From: Gammaproteobacteria bacterium
GTDB lineage: Bacteria > Pseudomonadota > Gammaproteobacteria > Arenicellales > JAANXG01
Assembly (NCBI GenBank): GCA_024638505.1
Contig: JAHEKE010000012.1
Location: 7,509 to 71,508 of the forward strand
DNA: 64,000 bases
Reading direction: 5' to 3'
Shown here: in pieces, positions 34,420 through 43,800 of the stretch
Layout of the letters: the number at the start of each line of letters is the position of its first letter
Position numbering within the stretch: position 1 is the stretch's first letter
Position numbers and translations under genes: made by a program
Notes under the pieces: model-generated
What the model saw: the letters and a program-made list of their open reading frames with translations, nothing else
Databases searched by the model: none
Told to the model about the DNA's origin: nothing

Positions 34420-35183
34420 TAGCCTCGGTGCTTCGCACTTCGTTCGTCCTTGCGCACATTGTATTGCTCACCAGCTGTGCGCAGAATCCAACCGCCCCGG
34501 GGCAAACACAGCAATGGAGTGTCGCCGAGCGTGCCGATGTACACGCACAGTTAGCGGCGCAATACATGGAGCGCAATGCGTTAAAAACAGCCCTCCACGA
34601 ATTGGAAAAAGCGCTGGCGATTGACCCTAATCACTCCCGATCTAACTACGTTATGGCCGTGCTGCAGACGCGGCTTAAGGAATATGGGCTGGCCGAACAG
34701 TACTATGACCGCGCCTTAAAATCCGATCCAAGCAATTCCGAAGCCGCCCATGATTATGGGATTTTTCTTTGCGATCAGGGCAAAGTTGATCAGGCCCTGG
34801 CGTCTTTCAAGCAGGCGTTGGGTAACCCGCTGTATACCGGCGTCTTATTGACCAATCTTCGCGCCGGTGAATGTTTGCTCAACAGCGGCCAGGATCCGGC
34901 ACAGGCCGAACCATATTTTAAAGCGGTGCTGAAAGTGAATCCGCGCATTGCGCAGGCGCTGTTTTACATGGCAAAAATCAACTACAAGCGGGAGAATTTT
35001 CTATCCGCGCGCGCCTACATCGAGAGATTTTTCAGCGTCAATGCGGAAACGCCGGAAAGCCTGCTGTTAGCCGCAAGAATCGAAACGGCGCTGGTCGTGC
35101 CTGAAGTTGCTGAAGATTACGCACGACGACTCAAAGCGAAGTTTCCGTCTTCCGATGAGGTCAGGCAGCTTGGAGAGTTGTGA
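34416..35183 (+). CDS. pilW: Type IV pilus biogenesis/stability lipoprotein PilW/PilF (TPR)
   Basis: A TTG at 34416, overlapping the rlmN stop, gives a lipoprotein signal ...[10 protein letters not shown] followed by TPR repeats ([11 protein letters not shown]..., [14 protein letters not shown]...). The ORF is open from 34335, so the start is uncertain. Confidence 0.75.
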   Translation: MIASVLRTSFVLAHIVLLTSCAQNPTAPGQTQQWSVAERADVHAQLAAQYMERNALKTALHELEKALAIDPNHSRSNYVMAVLQTRLKEYGLAEQYYDRALKSDPSNSEAAHDYGIFLCDQGKVDQALASFKQALGNPLYTGVLLTNLRAGECLLNSGQDPAQAEPYFKAVLKVNPRIAQALFYMAKINYKRENFLSARAYIERFFSVNAETPESLLLAARIETALVVPEVAEDYARRLKAKFPSSDEVRQLGEL

Positions 35184-36451
35184 TGAGTCAGAGCCAGGAG
35201 CATGGATTAGAGCCGGACTCTCTAAGCGGAAACTCTCCCGGTCAGGCTCTGCGCGAGGCCCGTGAAAAATTCGGACTATCGGTGGAGGAGGTCGCCAGTG
35301 AGTTAAACCTGTCTGTTTCTCAGATTCATGCATTAGAAGAAAACCGTTTCGAGGCCTTGCCGGGCAAAACCTATGTGCAGGGATATTTAAAGTCTTATGC
35401 TCGGTTATTGAACAGTGATGAATCCGACGTTCTGCAGAACTTCAGTCATCAAGAAGATGCCAATACCAGCGGCCTTCGGCCGGTGATGCGCGATTCGGAC
35501 AGCGGTGGTCGAAGTACCAAAATAATGGGGCTTGGTGCCGTGCTGATATCGGCTGCCTTGCTGTTCGTGTGGTGGCAAAATCGAGAACCACCCGCGGTGG
35601 TTTCACTGGAGGTCGGTGAGCTTGAGCAAGAAATGAGCGAACCAGCGCCGGGCGTGGAAGGGTGGCCCCAGCCCTTTCAATCCGAACAGATCACCGCCGA
35701 GGGCCCGATTGAATCGCCCGGCAACGCTGGGCAAAGCCTTGCCATCGCTGATGGCACCGACCTGGGTGCTGCCACCGAGACCGGGTCGGAGCCGGCGGAC
35801 GAAACAGAATCAGCGGAAGCGGAATCCGTGCAGGTGACTGGGGCCGCGTCGGGTACGGAAGGTGAGGGGGAACCCAGCGTTGCGGATTCTGTAGAAAGTG
35901 CCGCAATCGATACTGCGCTCAGCAACGGGGACAGCAATGCGCCGCAGGCGCCTGCGGCGGAGCCGGATGCTGCGAATGCACCAACTGAGGCGCAGTCGCG
36001 CACGGCGCCGACGGCAGATACGTCAGCACCCAGCGTGGCATCGGTTGACGCCGTAATGCAAAACGCGCCGGACAGCAGTGATCAAACCGAAGCGAGCGGC
36101 AGTCAGAAGAAAATTGAAGTGGCGTCCACGGCAGAGCCTGCTCAAGCAACGCCCCAGGCTGAAGAAGCCGCAGCACAAACGCCCAATGCTGCCGGGGCCG
36201 GGGGTCTGGTTAAACTTACATTCAAAGCCGACTCCTGGGTTGATCTGCGTGATGCGAATGGACGCCGGCTGCTATACGAAAATATGGCTGAGGGTAGAGA
36301 GATTTCGGTGCAAGGTAACCCGCCATTCAGCGTGTTCCTGGGTAATGCCCCCGGCGTTGAAATAGATTACGACGGCAGGCCATTTGATTTCAGCGCGTTT
36401 ACCAACGGTGTCTATGCCCGCTTTGAGCTCGGAAAACAGCAAAGAAACTAG
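35180..36451 (+). CDS. rodZ: Cytoskeleton protein RodZ
   Basis: 423 aa. XRE-type HTH LREAREKFGLSVEEVASELNLSVSQIHALEENRF, GKTYVQGYLKSYARLL and a single TM. A linker of about 200 aa rich in Ala/Glu/Pro/Ser precedes a C-terminal DUF4115-like SWVDLRDANGRRLLYE...GNAPGVEIDYDG. Confidence 0.8.
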   Translation: MMSQSQEHGLEPDSLSGNSPGQALREAREKFGLSVEEVASELNLSVSQIHALEENRFEALPGKTYVQGYLKSYARLLNSDESDVLQNFSHQEDANTSGLRPVMRDSDSGGRSTKIMGLGAVLISAALLFVWWQNREPPAVVSLEVGELEQEMSEPAPGVEGWPQPFQSEQITAEGPIESPGNAGQSLAIADGTDLGAATETGSEPADETESAEAESVQVTGAASGTEGEGEPSVADSVESAAIDTALSNGDSNAPQAPAAEPDAANAPTEAQSRTAPTADTSAPSVASVDAVMQNAPDSSDQTEASGSQKKIEVASTAEPAQATPQAEEAAAQTPNAAGAGGLVKLTFKADSWVDLRDANGRRLLYENMAEGREISVQGNPPFSVFLGNAPGVEIDYDGRPFDFSAFTNGVYARFELGKQQRN

Positions 36452-36458
36452 CTTAGCA

Positions 36459-37736
36459 ATGTCGACGGTGCAGGCGGTGCGGGGCATGAACGATATCCTG
36501 CCCCAGGCAAGCGGGGTGTGGCAGCATGTGGAACATGTCCTGCGGGTCACCTTTGACCGCTATGCATACCGCGAGATAAGACTACCTCTGATCGAAAAAA
36601 CGGAGCTGTTCGCCAGGTCTATTGGTGAAGTTACCGATATCGTCGCAAAAGAGATGTATACCTTTGCCGATCGAAATGGTGAAAGTCTAAGCCTGCGGCC
36701 GGAAGGGACGGCTAGCTGCGTTCGGGCCGGGTTGGAACACGGATTATTTCATAACCAGACGCATCGGCTCTGGTATCTGGGTCCGATGTTCAGACACGAG
36801 CGCCCGCAGCGCGGACGCTATCGCCAATTCTATCAGGCCGGGGCGGAGGCATTCGGCTGGCCCGGTCCAGATACGGACGCCGAACTGATTGCTCTGTCAG
36901 CCAGAATCTGGCGGGAACTGGATCTGCAGCCCATACCTAATCTTGAGATTAACTCGCTCGGGGACAGCGACACGCGACAGCGCTTCAGACAGAAATTGGT
37001 CGATTACCTGCGGCGATATGAGGGCGATCTTGACCACGACAGTAAACATCGGCTGCAGGTCAATCCGCTGCGAATCCTGGATTCCAAAAATCCCGATACG
37101 CAGAAAATTCTAACGGCTGCGCCGAAGATTCGGGATTGTCTGGACCGGGAGTCGCGCACTCACTTTGACCAATTCTGCGGCTTGCTGACGCTGCTCAATA
37201 TACCTTTCACCGTCAATGACAGGCTAGTACGGGGCCTGGACTATTATAATCGAACGGTTTTCGAGTGGGTCACGACAAAGCTGGGTGCGCAGGGCGCAGT
37301 TTGTGCAGGTGGAAGATACGACGGTCTGGTCCAGCATTTGGGGGGTAAAAAGCAGGTTCCGGCCGCGGGGTTTGCTCTTGGCCTGGATAGGCTGGTGGAG
37401 CTGGTAGGGTCTGAAGGAGCGACGTGGGCCAACGGCGTAGACGTATATATCGTGGCCTTAGGAGAAGCCGCGCGAGCAAAGAGCTGGGATTACGCGGAAA
37501 CGCTGCGTGACCACGGTTACAGGGTAGAGTCGTTTTGTGGTGAAGGTGCAATGAAGAATCAATTGAAAAGAGCAGATAAAAGCGGGGCAGTTGTCAGCTT
37601 GTTACTGGGAGAGGACGAGGTTTGTGCTAATACGGTTACTTTGAAGGTGATGCGACAGCGGGACATTCAAATTACAATTGACGCAGAAGATTTGGTGGAC
37701 AAAGTTGGGATTCTGTTGAGCGAGTACAGAGTATGA
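36459..37736 (+). CDS. hisS: Histidine--tRNA ligase
   Basis: The ATG at 36459 gives MSTVQAVRGMNDILP. Class II motifs: MFRHERPQRGRYRQFYQ and GGRYDGL. Confidence 0.95.
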   Translation: MSTVQAVRGMNDILPQASGVWQHVEHVLRVTFDRYAYREIRLPLIEKTELFARSIGEVTDIVAKEMYTFADRNGESLSLRPEGTASCVRAGLEHGLFHNQTHRLWYLGPMFRHERPQRGRYRQFYQAGAEAFGWPGPDTDAELIALSARIWRELDLQPIPNLEINSLGDSDTRQRFRQKLVDYLRRYEGDLDHDSKHRLQVNPLRILDSKNPDTQKILTAAPKIRDCLDRESRTHFDQFCGLLTLLNIPFTVNDRLVRGLDYYNRTVFEWVTTKLGAQGAVCAGGRYDGLVQHLGGKKQVPAAGFALGLDRLVELVGSEGATWANGVDVYIVALGEAARAKSWDYAETLRDHGYRVESFCGEGAMKNQLKRADKSGAVVSLLLGEDEVCANTVTLKVMRQRDIQITIDAEDLVDKVGILLSEYRV

Positions 37737-38365
37737 TAGATCCGCGTTACAGCGAAGACGAACAGGTAGAGCGTCTCAAGGAGTGGTGGAAGAAAAACGG
37801 GACTTCGGTGGTTGTTGGTGTGGTAATCGGGGTAAGCGTTATTGTCGGAGTAAACTATTGGCGCGGCTACATCCAGTCTCAGGCGGAAGAGGCATCGGTG
37901 CGCTACGCTCGACTGCTTACTCTGGACGGAGAGGAGTCAAGGCAGTTTGGATCGGAGTTGATGTCCGACTATAGCAACACGCCATACGCGGCGCTGGCGG
38001 CGCTGTATCTGGCCAAAGTGAGCTATGCGCAAGGGGACAGTGAAAAGGCGGAATCGATGCTCAAGTGGGCTGTGGATAATGCGGAACTGACAGCGAATCA
38101 GCACGCGGCGAGGCTGCGGTTGGCGCACCTCTATCTTGAAGCCGGAAGGACAGATGAAGCAGAAGAACTGGTTAACATTACGCAGTACGATGGATTTAGA
38201 TCTGAATACAAGGAGCTGATAGGGGACATCGCGATGACAAGGGGAGATGCAGCGCTAGCAAGGGTAGCCTATGAGGAGGCTTTGAGCTCTTTACCGGAGG
38301 GGTCCGGCTATTCCGGGTTGCTCGTGATGAAGCTGGATCGTGCAATTGGAGAAACCGCACAATGA
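37733..38365 (+). CDS. yfgM: YfgM-family membrane-anchored TPR-like protein
   Basis: 210 aa. EDEQVERLKEWWKKNG, then one TM, then a TPR-like periplasmic domain. Conserved position between hisS and bamB. Confidence 0.75.
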   Translation: MIDPRYSEDEQVERLKEWWKKNGTSVVVGVVIGVSVIVGVNYWRGYIQSQAEEASVRYARLLTLDGEESRQFGSELMSDYSNTPYAALAALYLAKVSYAQGDSEKAESMLKWAVDNAELTANQHAARLRLAHLYLEAGRTDEAEELVNITQYDGFRSEYKELIGDIAMTRGDAALARVAYEEALSSLPEGSGYSGLLVMKLDRAIGETAQ

Positions 38366-39537
38366 ATTGGGTGTCACGCTTATTGCCAATAGTAATTGTT
38401 TTCGCTGTAAGCGGCTGTGCCGCGGTCGAAAAATTGAGCGGAAAGGAAAGAATTGAGGAAGCAAAGCCAAACGAGCTGGAGAAGATCGAAGCAACCGTCA
38501 GCGTTAAGCGTAACTGGAGTTACAACGTCGGTGCGGGAACGTTTAACGCAGTTTTTCACAACCTGGTGCCCGGTTTGCGGGCTGATACGTTGTACGCGGC
38601 CAGTCCGGACGGGTACGTAAGTGCGATTGATGCGATCAGCGGTACTAGGAAATGGCGGGTTAACACTGAGGTACCGATCTCAGGCGCAATTGGCGTTGGC
38701 CTTGACGTGCTGCTGGTCGGTACTCCAGAGGGCGAGGTGCTGGGATTGAGTATTGAAAACGGAGAGGAATTGTGGACCCGTAAATTAAGCAGCGAGATTC
38801 TCGCACCACCTGCGGCTTACGGTGGGATCGCCGTGGTGCGAACCATCGACGGGCATGTTTACGGATTGTCCAGCAGCGATGGAGTGCAGCAGTGGGTTTT
38901 TCATCGGCAGGTCCCGGCTTTGACTTTAAGAGGAAACAGTCCCCCGTTAGTGGTTGATCGTGCGGTAGTGGTTGGGTTTGCCAGCGGCAGGCTGGTAGCA
39001 GCCGATCTATCAGATGGTCGGGTGATCTGGGATATGTCGGTGGCGCAGGCAAGCGGTGTGAACGAAGTCCAGCGGATGATTGATATCGACTCCACTCCCG
39101 TGCTGGTCGGCAGCGTTCTCTACGTGTCGGCGTTCCAAGGTTCTGTTACCGCGTTGGCATTGGGCAGCCGCAGTGTACTCTGGTCCAAAGAAATATCCAG
39201 CTACGTGCCGATCAGCGCCGATGATGACAACGTTTATGTGTCAGATGACGAAGGTAAGGTGGTCGCGCTCGACCGACTGACTGGCGAGATTGTATGGGAA
39301 CAGGCCAGTTTACTAAACAGAAAACTTTCGGGGCCTGCATCCCTGAGTCGCTATGTTCTGGTCAGTGATTTGGATGGATATGTACATGTGCTCAGAAAGA
39401 GCGATGGTCAGATTATCGGTCGCAATAAGCTCAGCGGAGGCACTCTCACCGGACCGGCAATAGTGTACAAGGGCGCGATTTATTCGATGAATGAAAATGG
39501 TAATTTGGTATCGATATCGGTGGAAGACTCTTCCTGA
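38362..39537 (+). CDS. bamB: Outer membrane protein assembly factor BamB
   Basis: 391 aa. Lipobox FAVSGC followed by repeated PQQ-like beta-propeller blades (G.VYA.DA.TG...W). Confidence 0.85.
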   Translation: MNWVSRLLPIVIVFAVSGCAAVEKLSGKERIEEAKPNELEKIEATVSVKRNWSYNVGAGTFNAVFHNLVPGLRADTLYAASPDGYVSAIDAISGTRKWRVNTEVPISGAIGVGLDVLLVGTPEGEVLGLSIENGEELWTRKLSSEILAPPAAYGGIAVVRTIDGHVYGLSSSDGVQQWVFHRQVPALTLRGNSPPLVVDRAVVVGFASGRLVAADLSDGRVIWDMSVAQASGVNEVQRMIDIDSTPVLVGSVLYVSAFQGSVTALALGSRSVLWSKEISSYVPISADDDNVYVSDDEGKVVALDRLTGEIVWEQASLLNRKLSGPASLSRYVLVSDLDGYVHVLRKSDGQIIGRNKLSGGTLTGPAIVYKGAIYSMNENGNLVSISVEDSS

Positions 39538-39558
39538 CATGTTTGTTTTGCCACCGTT

Positions 39559-40905
39559 ATGAAGGCGGTGATTTCGATTGTTGGGCGGGCAAATGTGGGT
39601 AAGTCAACGCTGTATAACCGATTAACCCGCAGCCGGGACGCTATCGTCGATGACTTTGCCGGGGTAACGCGAGATCGCCTGGTGGGAGAAGGGCGTGTCG
39701 ATGAGACAAGCTTTTGGGTGATCGATACTGGTGGTTACGACCAGCAGGATGAATCCGGGTTGCGGGCATCGATGCGGCGCCAGTTTGAGATAGCAGTTGA
39801 AGAAAGCAGCACGATTATTCTAGTTGTAGATGGCCGGACGGGTTTATGCGCAGGCGATCAGGAGATTGCTGAGGAGCTGCGCAGCTGCGTCGTCCCGGTA
39901 TATGTCGCGGTTAATAAGACGGAGGGTATGGAACCAGATCTCGCTCTGGCGGAGTTTCACCGTCTGGGTATCGGCAAAGGCATTTTTGCCATCTCGGCCA
40001 AGCAGGGTGGTGGCGTGCGCAGCCTGATCACGACCATTCTGCAGGAGGTGGTCACCGTTGTCCCGTCGGCCCATACGGAGGCCGACGATGCCCCCAGGGT
40101 GGCAATAGTGGGCAAACCCAACGTCGGTAAATCTACCCTGACCAACCGTCTGCTGGGTGAGGACAGGATGGTCGTAAGTGACAGCGCGGGGACGACCCGG
40201 GACAGCGTACACAGCGCCTTAGCTATTGATGCGCAGCGCTATACGCTGATCGATACCGCCGGTATAAGGCGAAAATCACGCGTAATACAAAAACTGGAAA
40301 AAATTTCCGTGGTCAAAACGCTGCGCACGCTCGAGCAAGCCCACGTAATTATCTTCGTAGTGGATGCAAGGGATGGGATTACCAGTCAGGACGCCACACT
40401 GGCTGGCATGGTCAGGGAATACGGTCGCTCGATGGTGCTAGTGGTGAATAAGTGGGACGGGTTACAACAACACACCAGAGATAATGTACGCCGCAGCATC
40501 AGACGAACATTCCCGTTTCTTGACGCGGTCCCGGTACTCTTCGTATCAGCAAAACATGGATCCGGGGTGGGCCAGATTATGCCTGCGGTAAAACGTGCTT
40601 ACGAATCAGCGATGATAAGCCTGAGTACGGCTAAACTGAATGTAGTACTGCGCCGGGCAGTGGAAGAGCAGCCGCCGCCGCGGGTTGGCAGTCAGCAGGT
40701 GAAGCTGAAGTATGCTCACCAAGGTGGTAAAAATCCTCCCAAAGTGGTGATCCACGGTAATTTGTTGCACAAGGTGCCGGAGTCCTATAAGCGCTATTTG
40801 GCACGAAGCATAAGTCAGGGCTTCAAGCTGACCGGCACCAGAATTGATCTGTTGTTCAGAACTTCGAAAAATCCTTATGCCCGATCCAGGTCCCCGGCGC
40901 ATTAA
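39559..40905 (+). CDS. der: Ribosome biogenesis GTPase Der (EngA)
   Basis: 448 aa with two G domains (GRANVGKSTLYNRL and GKPNVGKSTLTNRL; DTGG and DTAG; NKTE and NKWD) and a C-terminal KH-like domain. Confidence 0.95.
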   Translation: MKAVISIVGRANVGKSTLYNRLTRSRDAIVDDFAGVTRDRLVGEGRVDETSFWVIDTGGYDQQDESGLRASMRRQFEIAVEESSTIILVVDGRTGLCAGDQEIAEELRSCVVPVYVAVNKTEGMEPDLALAEFHRLGIGKGIFAISAKQGGGVRSLITTILQEVVTVVPSAHTEADDAPRVAIVGKPNVGKSTLTNRLLGEDRMVVSDSAGTTRDSVHSALAIDAQRYTLIDTAGIRRKSRVIQKLEKISVVKTLRTLEQAHVIIFVVDARDGITSQDATLAGMVREYGRSMVLVVNKWDGLQQHTRDNVRRSIRRTFPFLDAVPVLFVSAKHGSGVGQIMPAVKRAYESAMISLSTAKLNVVLRRAVEEQPPPRVGSQQVKLKYAHQGGKNPPKVVIHGNLLHKVPESYKRYLARSISQGFKLTGTRIDLLFRTSKNPYARSRSPAH

Positions 40906-40973
40906 AATGGTCGACCGGGTCCGGGTGTTATACTGCAAAATACTGCCGAATAATGGCTGATGTGGCACACAAG

Positions 40974-41004
40974 ATTATACTTACGCGGGGTGGGTATTAT
41001 ACTT
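40974..41004 (+). repeat. Direct repeat ATTATACTTA x2 (11-nt spacer) at the der / island junction
   Basis: Copies read directly at 40974-40983 and 40995-41004. A related GTTATACTG lies at 40927-40935. Confidence 0.6.
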
Positions 41005-41059
41005 AGTACAGTGTAGCTGAATTCTCGCTGGAAGATTTACGTCAAGTTATTGATTTATA

Positions 41060-42223
41060 ATGAATAAGGGGCCAAACCTAGTCATGCAGACCAAGCAGAA
41101 GGAGATGCTTGTGGTCATGACCGCATTGTCATTTATTGAGCAGAACGCGCTAATTACGCAGGCCCAGCTAAATGACGCGCGACGCAGTTTGCAGGCGCTT
41201 TTTATTCGTACCAGTGGCGAGGAGACCATGCTGCGCAAACTGGTTGAAATCCTGAAAGTCAATAAAGATTTGCACGAGGCGTTCAGCAGCATCTCCAAGA
41301 TCAGCGCCAGTATCTCCAGCAGCGTTGAAATCATCGGCAAGAAAATTCATTATCTCAAGCAATATGTGACGCGGCTGCAGCTTACACCGAAGGAGAACGC
41401 CGATTTTTTTACACCGTTTTTAACCTTTACTCATCAATTCCAGGAAAAGATACTGCTTTTTAACAAGCTGATGATGGATTATCTGGAATTAAGGGAAGAC
41501 GAGGCGAAAAGAGCAAATGAGTTTAGAATTGCAGAGGATGCCAGTCGGAGACTGAAACTGCGCTTATCCGGCAAGCTAGGCGTCACTGCAGGCGGTGAGG
41601 TAGAAGAATCAATGAAGCAGGAAGTGCTGGGTAACTTTGATTTTGCGGGTGCCAAAGCAAGCATGATAGATGCCGAGCGCAAGTCACGTACAGAGGCGAA
41701 GGAAATATCTGATCTTCTGCTTGAATTAAAGGCGATGTGTCAGATGGCAATGAACCCGGATATGCGCGAGAAGCTGGAGGGGACGGAGCAGTACGATGAT
41801 ATTTTTATGCGCTTTACCAACTCGCTCAAGCAGTACCCGAGATTGGCGCAGATCAAGGATTTCATCATTGATTATTTCAAGCTCTACCAGCGCGCCTACG
41901 GCATGTTCCAGCTGGACTTTGACAACTTCAATAAGGCAGTTGAAACCATCACTTCCAACACCGAAGAGTACTTCGACGCCAAGCAAGAAGATGAAGACAT
42001 GCGAGTAAAGCGGGAAAAACTGCGGAAGTATGAAGGTCTGATCCCGTTCCTGGAGCATACCAGCGAATTGATCAGTGAATATGTCGACTATCCGTTTGAT
42101 AAATTTTCACGCAAAGTCTCTGAAGTTATCTCAGAAGAGGATCGTCCGTGGGAGCATATCAACGAGGAGTTACTAGTCTCCAAAGTAACAGCTGAATCAG
42201 ATCTGACCACGCGGTTAGATTGA
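41060..42223 (+). CDS. Hypothetical all-helical / coiled-coil protein
   Basis: 387 aa with no signal peptide or TM. Charged heptad-like stretches (EDEAKRANEFRIAEDASRRLKLRL, EDEDMRVKREKLRKYE). I recognise no catalytic motif. There is no obvious SD before the ATG at 41060, and 41084 is an alternative start. Confidence 0.6.
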   Translation: MNKGPNLVMQTKQKEMLVVMTALSFIEQNALITQAQLNDARRSLQALFIRTSGEETMLRKLVEILKVNKDLHEAFSSISKISASISSSVEIIGKKIHYLKQYVTRLQLTPKENADFFTPFLTFTHQFQEKILLFNKLMMDYLELREDEAKRANEFRIAEDASRRLKLRLSGKLGVTAGGEVEESMKQEVLGNFDFAGAKASMIDAERKSRTEAKEISDLLLELKAMCQMAMNPDMREKLEGTEQYDDIFMRFTNSLKQYPRLAQIKDFIIDYFKLYQRAYGMFQLDFDNFNKAVETITSNTEEYFDAKQEDEDMRVKREKLRKYEGLIPFLEHTSELISEYVDYPFDKFSRKVSEVISEEDRPWEHINEELLVSKVTAESDLTTRLD

Positions 42224-42260
42224 GCCAAAAACAAGAGACGAGTCTCGACCTTATCATTTC

Positions 42261-43772
42261 ATGGCTTCAGATTTCTTTAGCCAGTACCCCCGTTTAACCT
42301 TATTCTCCGCTATCGCCAGCATTGCTCTGTCCGCCTGGTGCGTATGGGCGGATCCGATCGTGAACAACGATGGTGTTTACTATTTCAGGGCGGCAGAAAG
42401 TATCCGTCTTGGCAACTGGGACGAGGCAATAGCAATCTACTCATGGCCGTTCTACCCTGCGTTTATCGCCTACTTAAGCAAGTACACGGGCGTGGACGTG
42501 GTCGGCGCAGCTTACGTTCTCAATGCCCTGCTTTGTGCGCTGCTGGTTTTGGGTTTTGTGGCGGCGGTGCACGAACTGGGAGGAAAACGCGATACTCTGA
42601 TCATCGCAGCTCTGGTCATACTTGCTTTTCCGACGCTAAACAAGTACCGGCCGTTTATCATTCGAGATGTTGGCTACGTGGCGGTATACCTATGGTCCCT
42701 GGTTTACTTGTTTCGCTATTGCACAACCAAGGAGGTCCGCAACCTCATTTTATGGTTTCTTCTCACCTGCCTCGCCACGCTGTTCAGGGTTGAGGGGATT
42801 GCCATGCTGGTCACCATACCCATAGTCGTATTCAGTCTGGGCAGGGTGTACTCAGGTTACCGCTGGCTGGTTCTGGCAGCGTATACCACAGGGGGACTGC
42901 TGCTTCTATTTGTTCTGGGCTTATGGCTGGGTCGGGACTTTGCCATTGTCAGCATTACCGAAGGCGTGGTGCAACCGGTAGAAATTTGGGACAAGATCTC
43001 CGCCTACATTAGTGGCGTGTTGGAACTTAAATTAGAGCTGCTAAAAGAGCACCTGGCGGGCCGCTATTACATCGCTGTTTATGTCTTGATCATCATATTC
43101 GTTACGCTGGCTGAAATAGTCAGAAGATTGGCTGTCGTCTACGCGCTGCTGGCACTGTGGGGCCTTAAACAGGGACTGTTGTTCCCTAACATGCAGTTAA
43201 AACCCATGTGGCTTGCACTGGTTCTAATCAATATTCTGATACTGATCGGATCGGCCATTTTCATAACCGTGGTTGTTGACCGCTACGCTTTGACTTCAAC
43301 TGTAACCATACTCCTAGCCTGTCCTTTTGTGTTCGCTTATTTTTGGCGTCAGTGGAAGAGAAATGAGCTGACCGCAAGAATGAAAGCGATGTTTGCCGGC
43401 CTGGTTATAGTTTGCCTGCTGCTGGCGGTCAGGGGGCTGGATGTCTTTACTGACAAACAATACCTGTATCAGGCGGGACGGTGGATCGCCGAAAACACAC
43501 CGCAAGAGTCGACTTTACACAGCAATAATCTGATCCTGATTTACTATTCAGGTAAAGATGCATTTCACAAACCCAATCGCTATACGTGGGCAACGACGTA
43601 CAAACTGGTCAAACGAAAACGATGGAAGCAGTATGACTATCTGGCGATTGAGCTAAGCCATGCTGACTATCCCTGGATCGAATGGCTAGAGATACACCTG
43701 CACGGCCAGCCGATTCAAAGGTTCAGCAATAAAAGGGGCGACAGTGTGCTCATATACAAGAACAACTCCTGA
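42261..43772 (+). CDS. GT-C-fold (ArnT/PMT-like) polytopic membrane glycosyltransferase candidate 1
   Basis: 503 aa with about 10-12 hydrophobic segments. The first-loop pattern NNDGVYYFRAAESIRLGNW...SWPFYPAFIAYL resembles the ArnT DEARY...G.W...KPPL loop. It has a soluble C-terminal domain of about 110 aa. Confidence 0.65.
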   Translation: MASDFFSQYPRLTLFSAIASIALSAWCVWADPIVNNDGVYYFRAAESIRLGNWDEAIAIYSWPFYPAFIAYLSKYTGVDVVGAAYVLNALLCALLVLGFVAAVHELGGKRDTLIIAALVILAFPTLNKYRPFIIRDVGYVAVYLWSLVYLFRYCTTKEVRNLILWFLLTCLATLFRVEGIAMLVTIPIVVFSLGRVYSGYRWLVLAAYTTGGLLLLFVLGLWLGRDFAIVSITEGVVQPVEIWDKISAYISGVLELKLELLKEHLAGRYYIAVYVLIIIFVTLAEIVRRLAVVYALLALWGLKQGLLFPNMQLKPMWLALVLINILILIGSAIFITVVVDRYALTSTVTILLACPFVFAYFWRQWKRNELTARMKAMFAGLVIVCLLLAVRGLDVFTDKQYLYQAGRWIAENTPQESTLHSNNLILIYYSGKDAFHKPNRYTWATTYKLVKRKRWKQYDYLAIELSHADYPWIEWLEIHLHGQPIQRFSNKRGDSVLIYKNNS

Positions 43773-43800
43773 TTGCGGTTGTGCCGCACCGGGCGCGCGC

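Noticed and set aside
35500-36200. A low-complexity stretch of about 200 aa rich in Ala/Glu/Pro/Ser/Thr in RodZ, with nested antisense ORFs.
   Set aside because: Variable periplasmic linkers are normal for RodZ. The flanking HTH, TM and C-terminal domains are intact.
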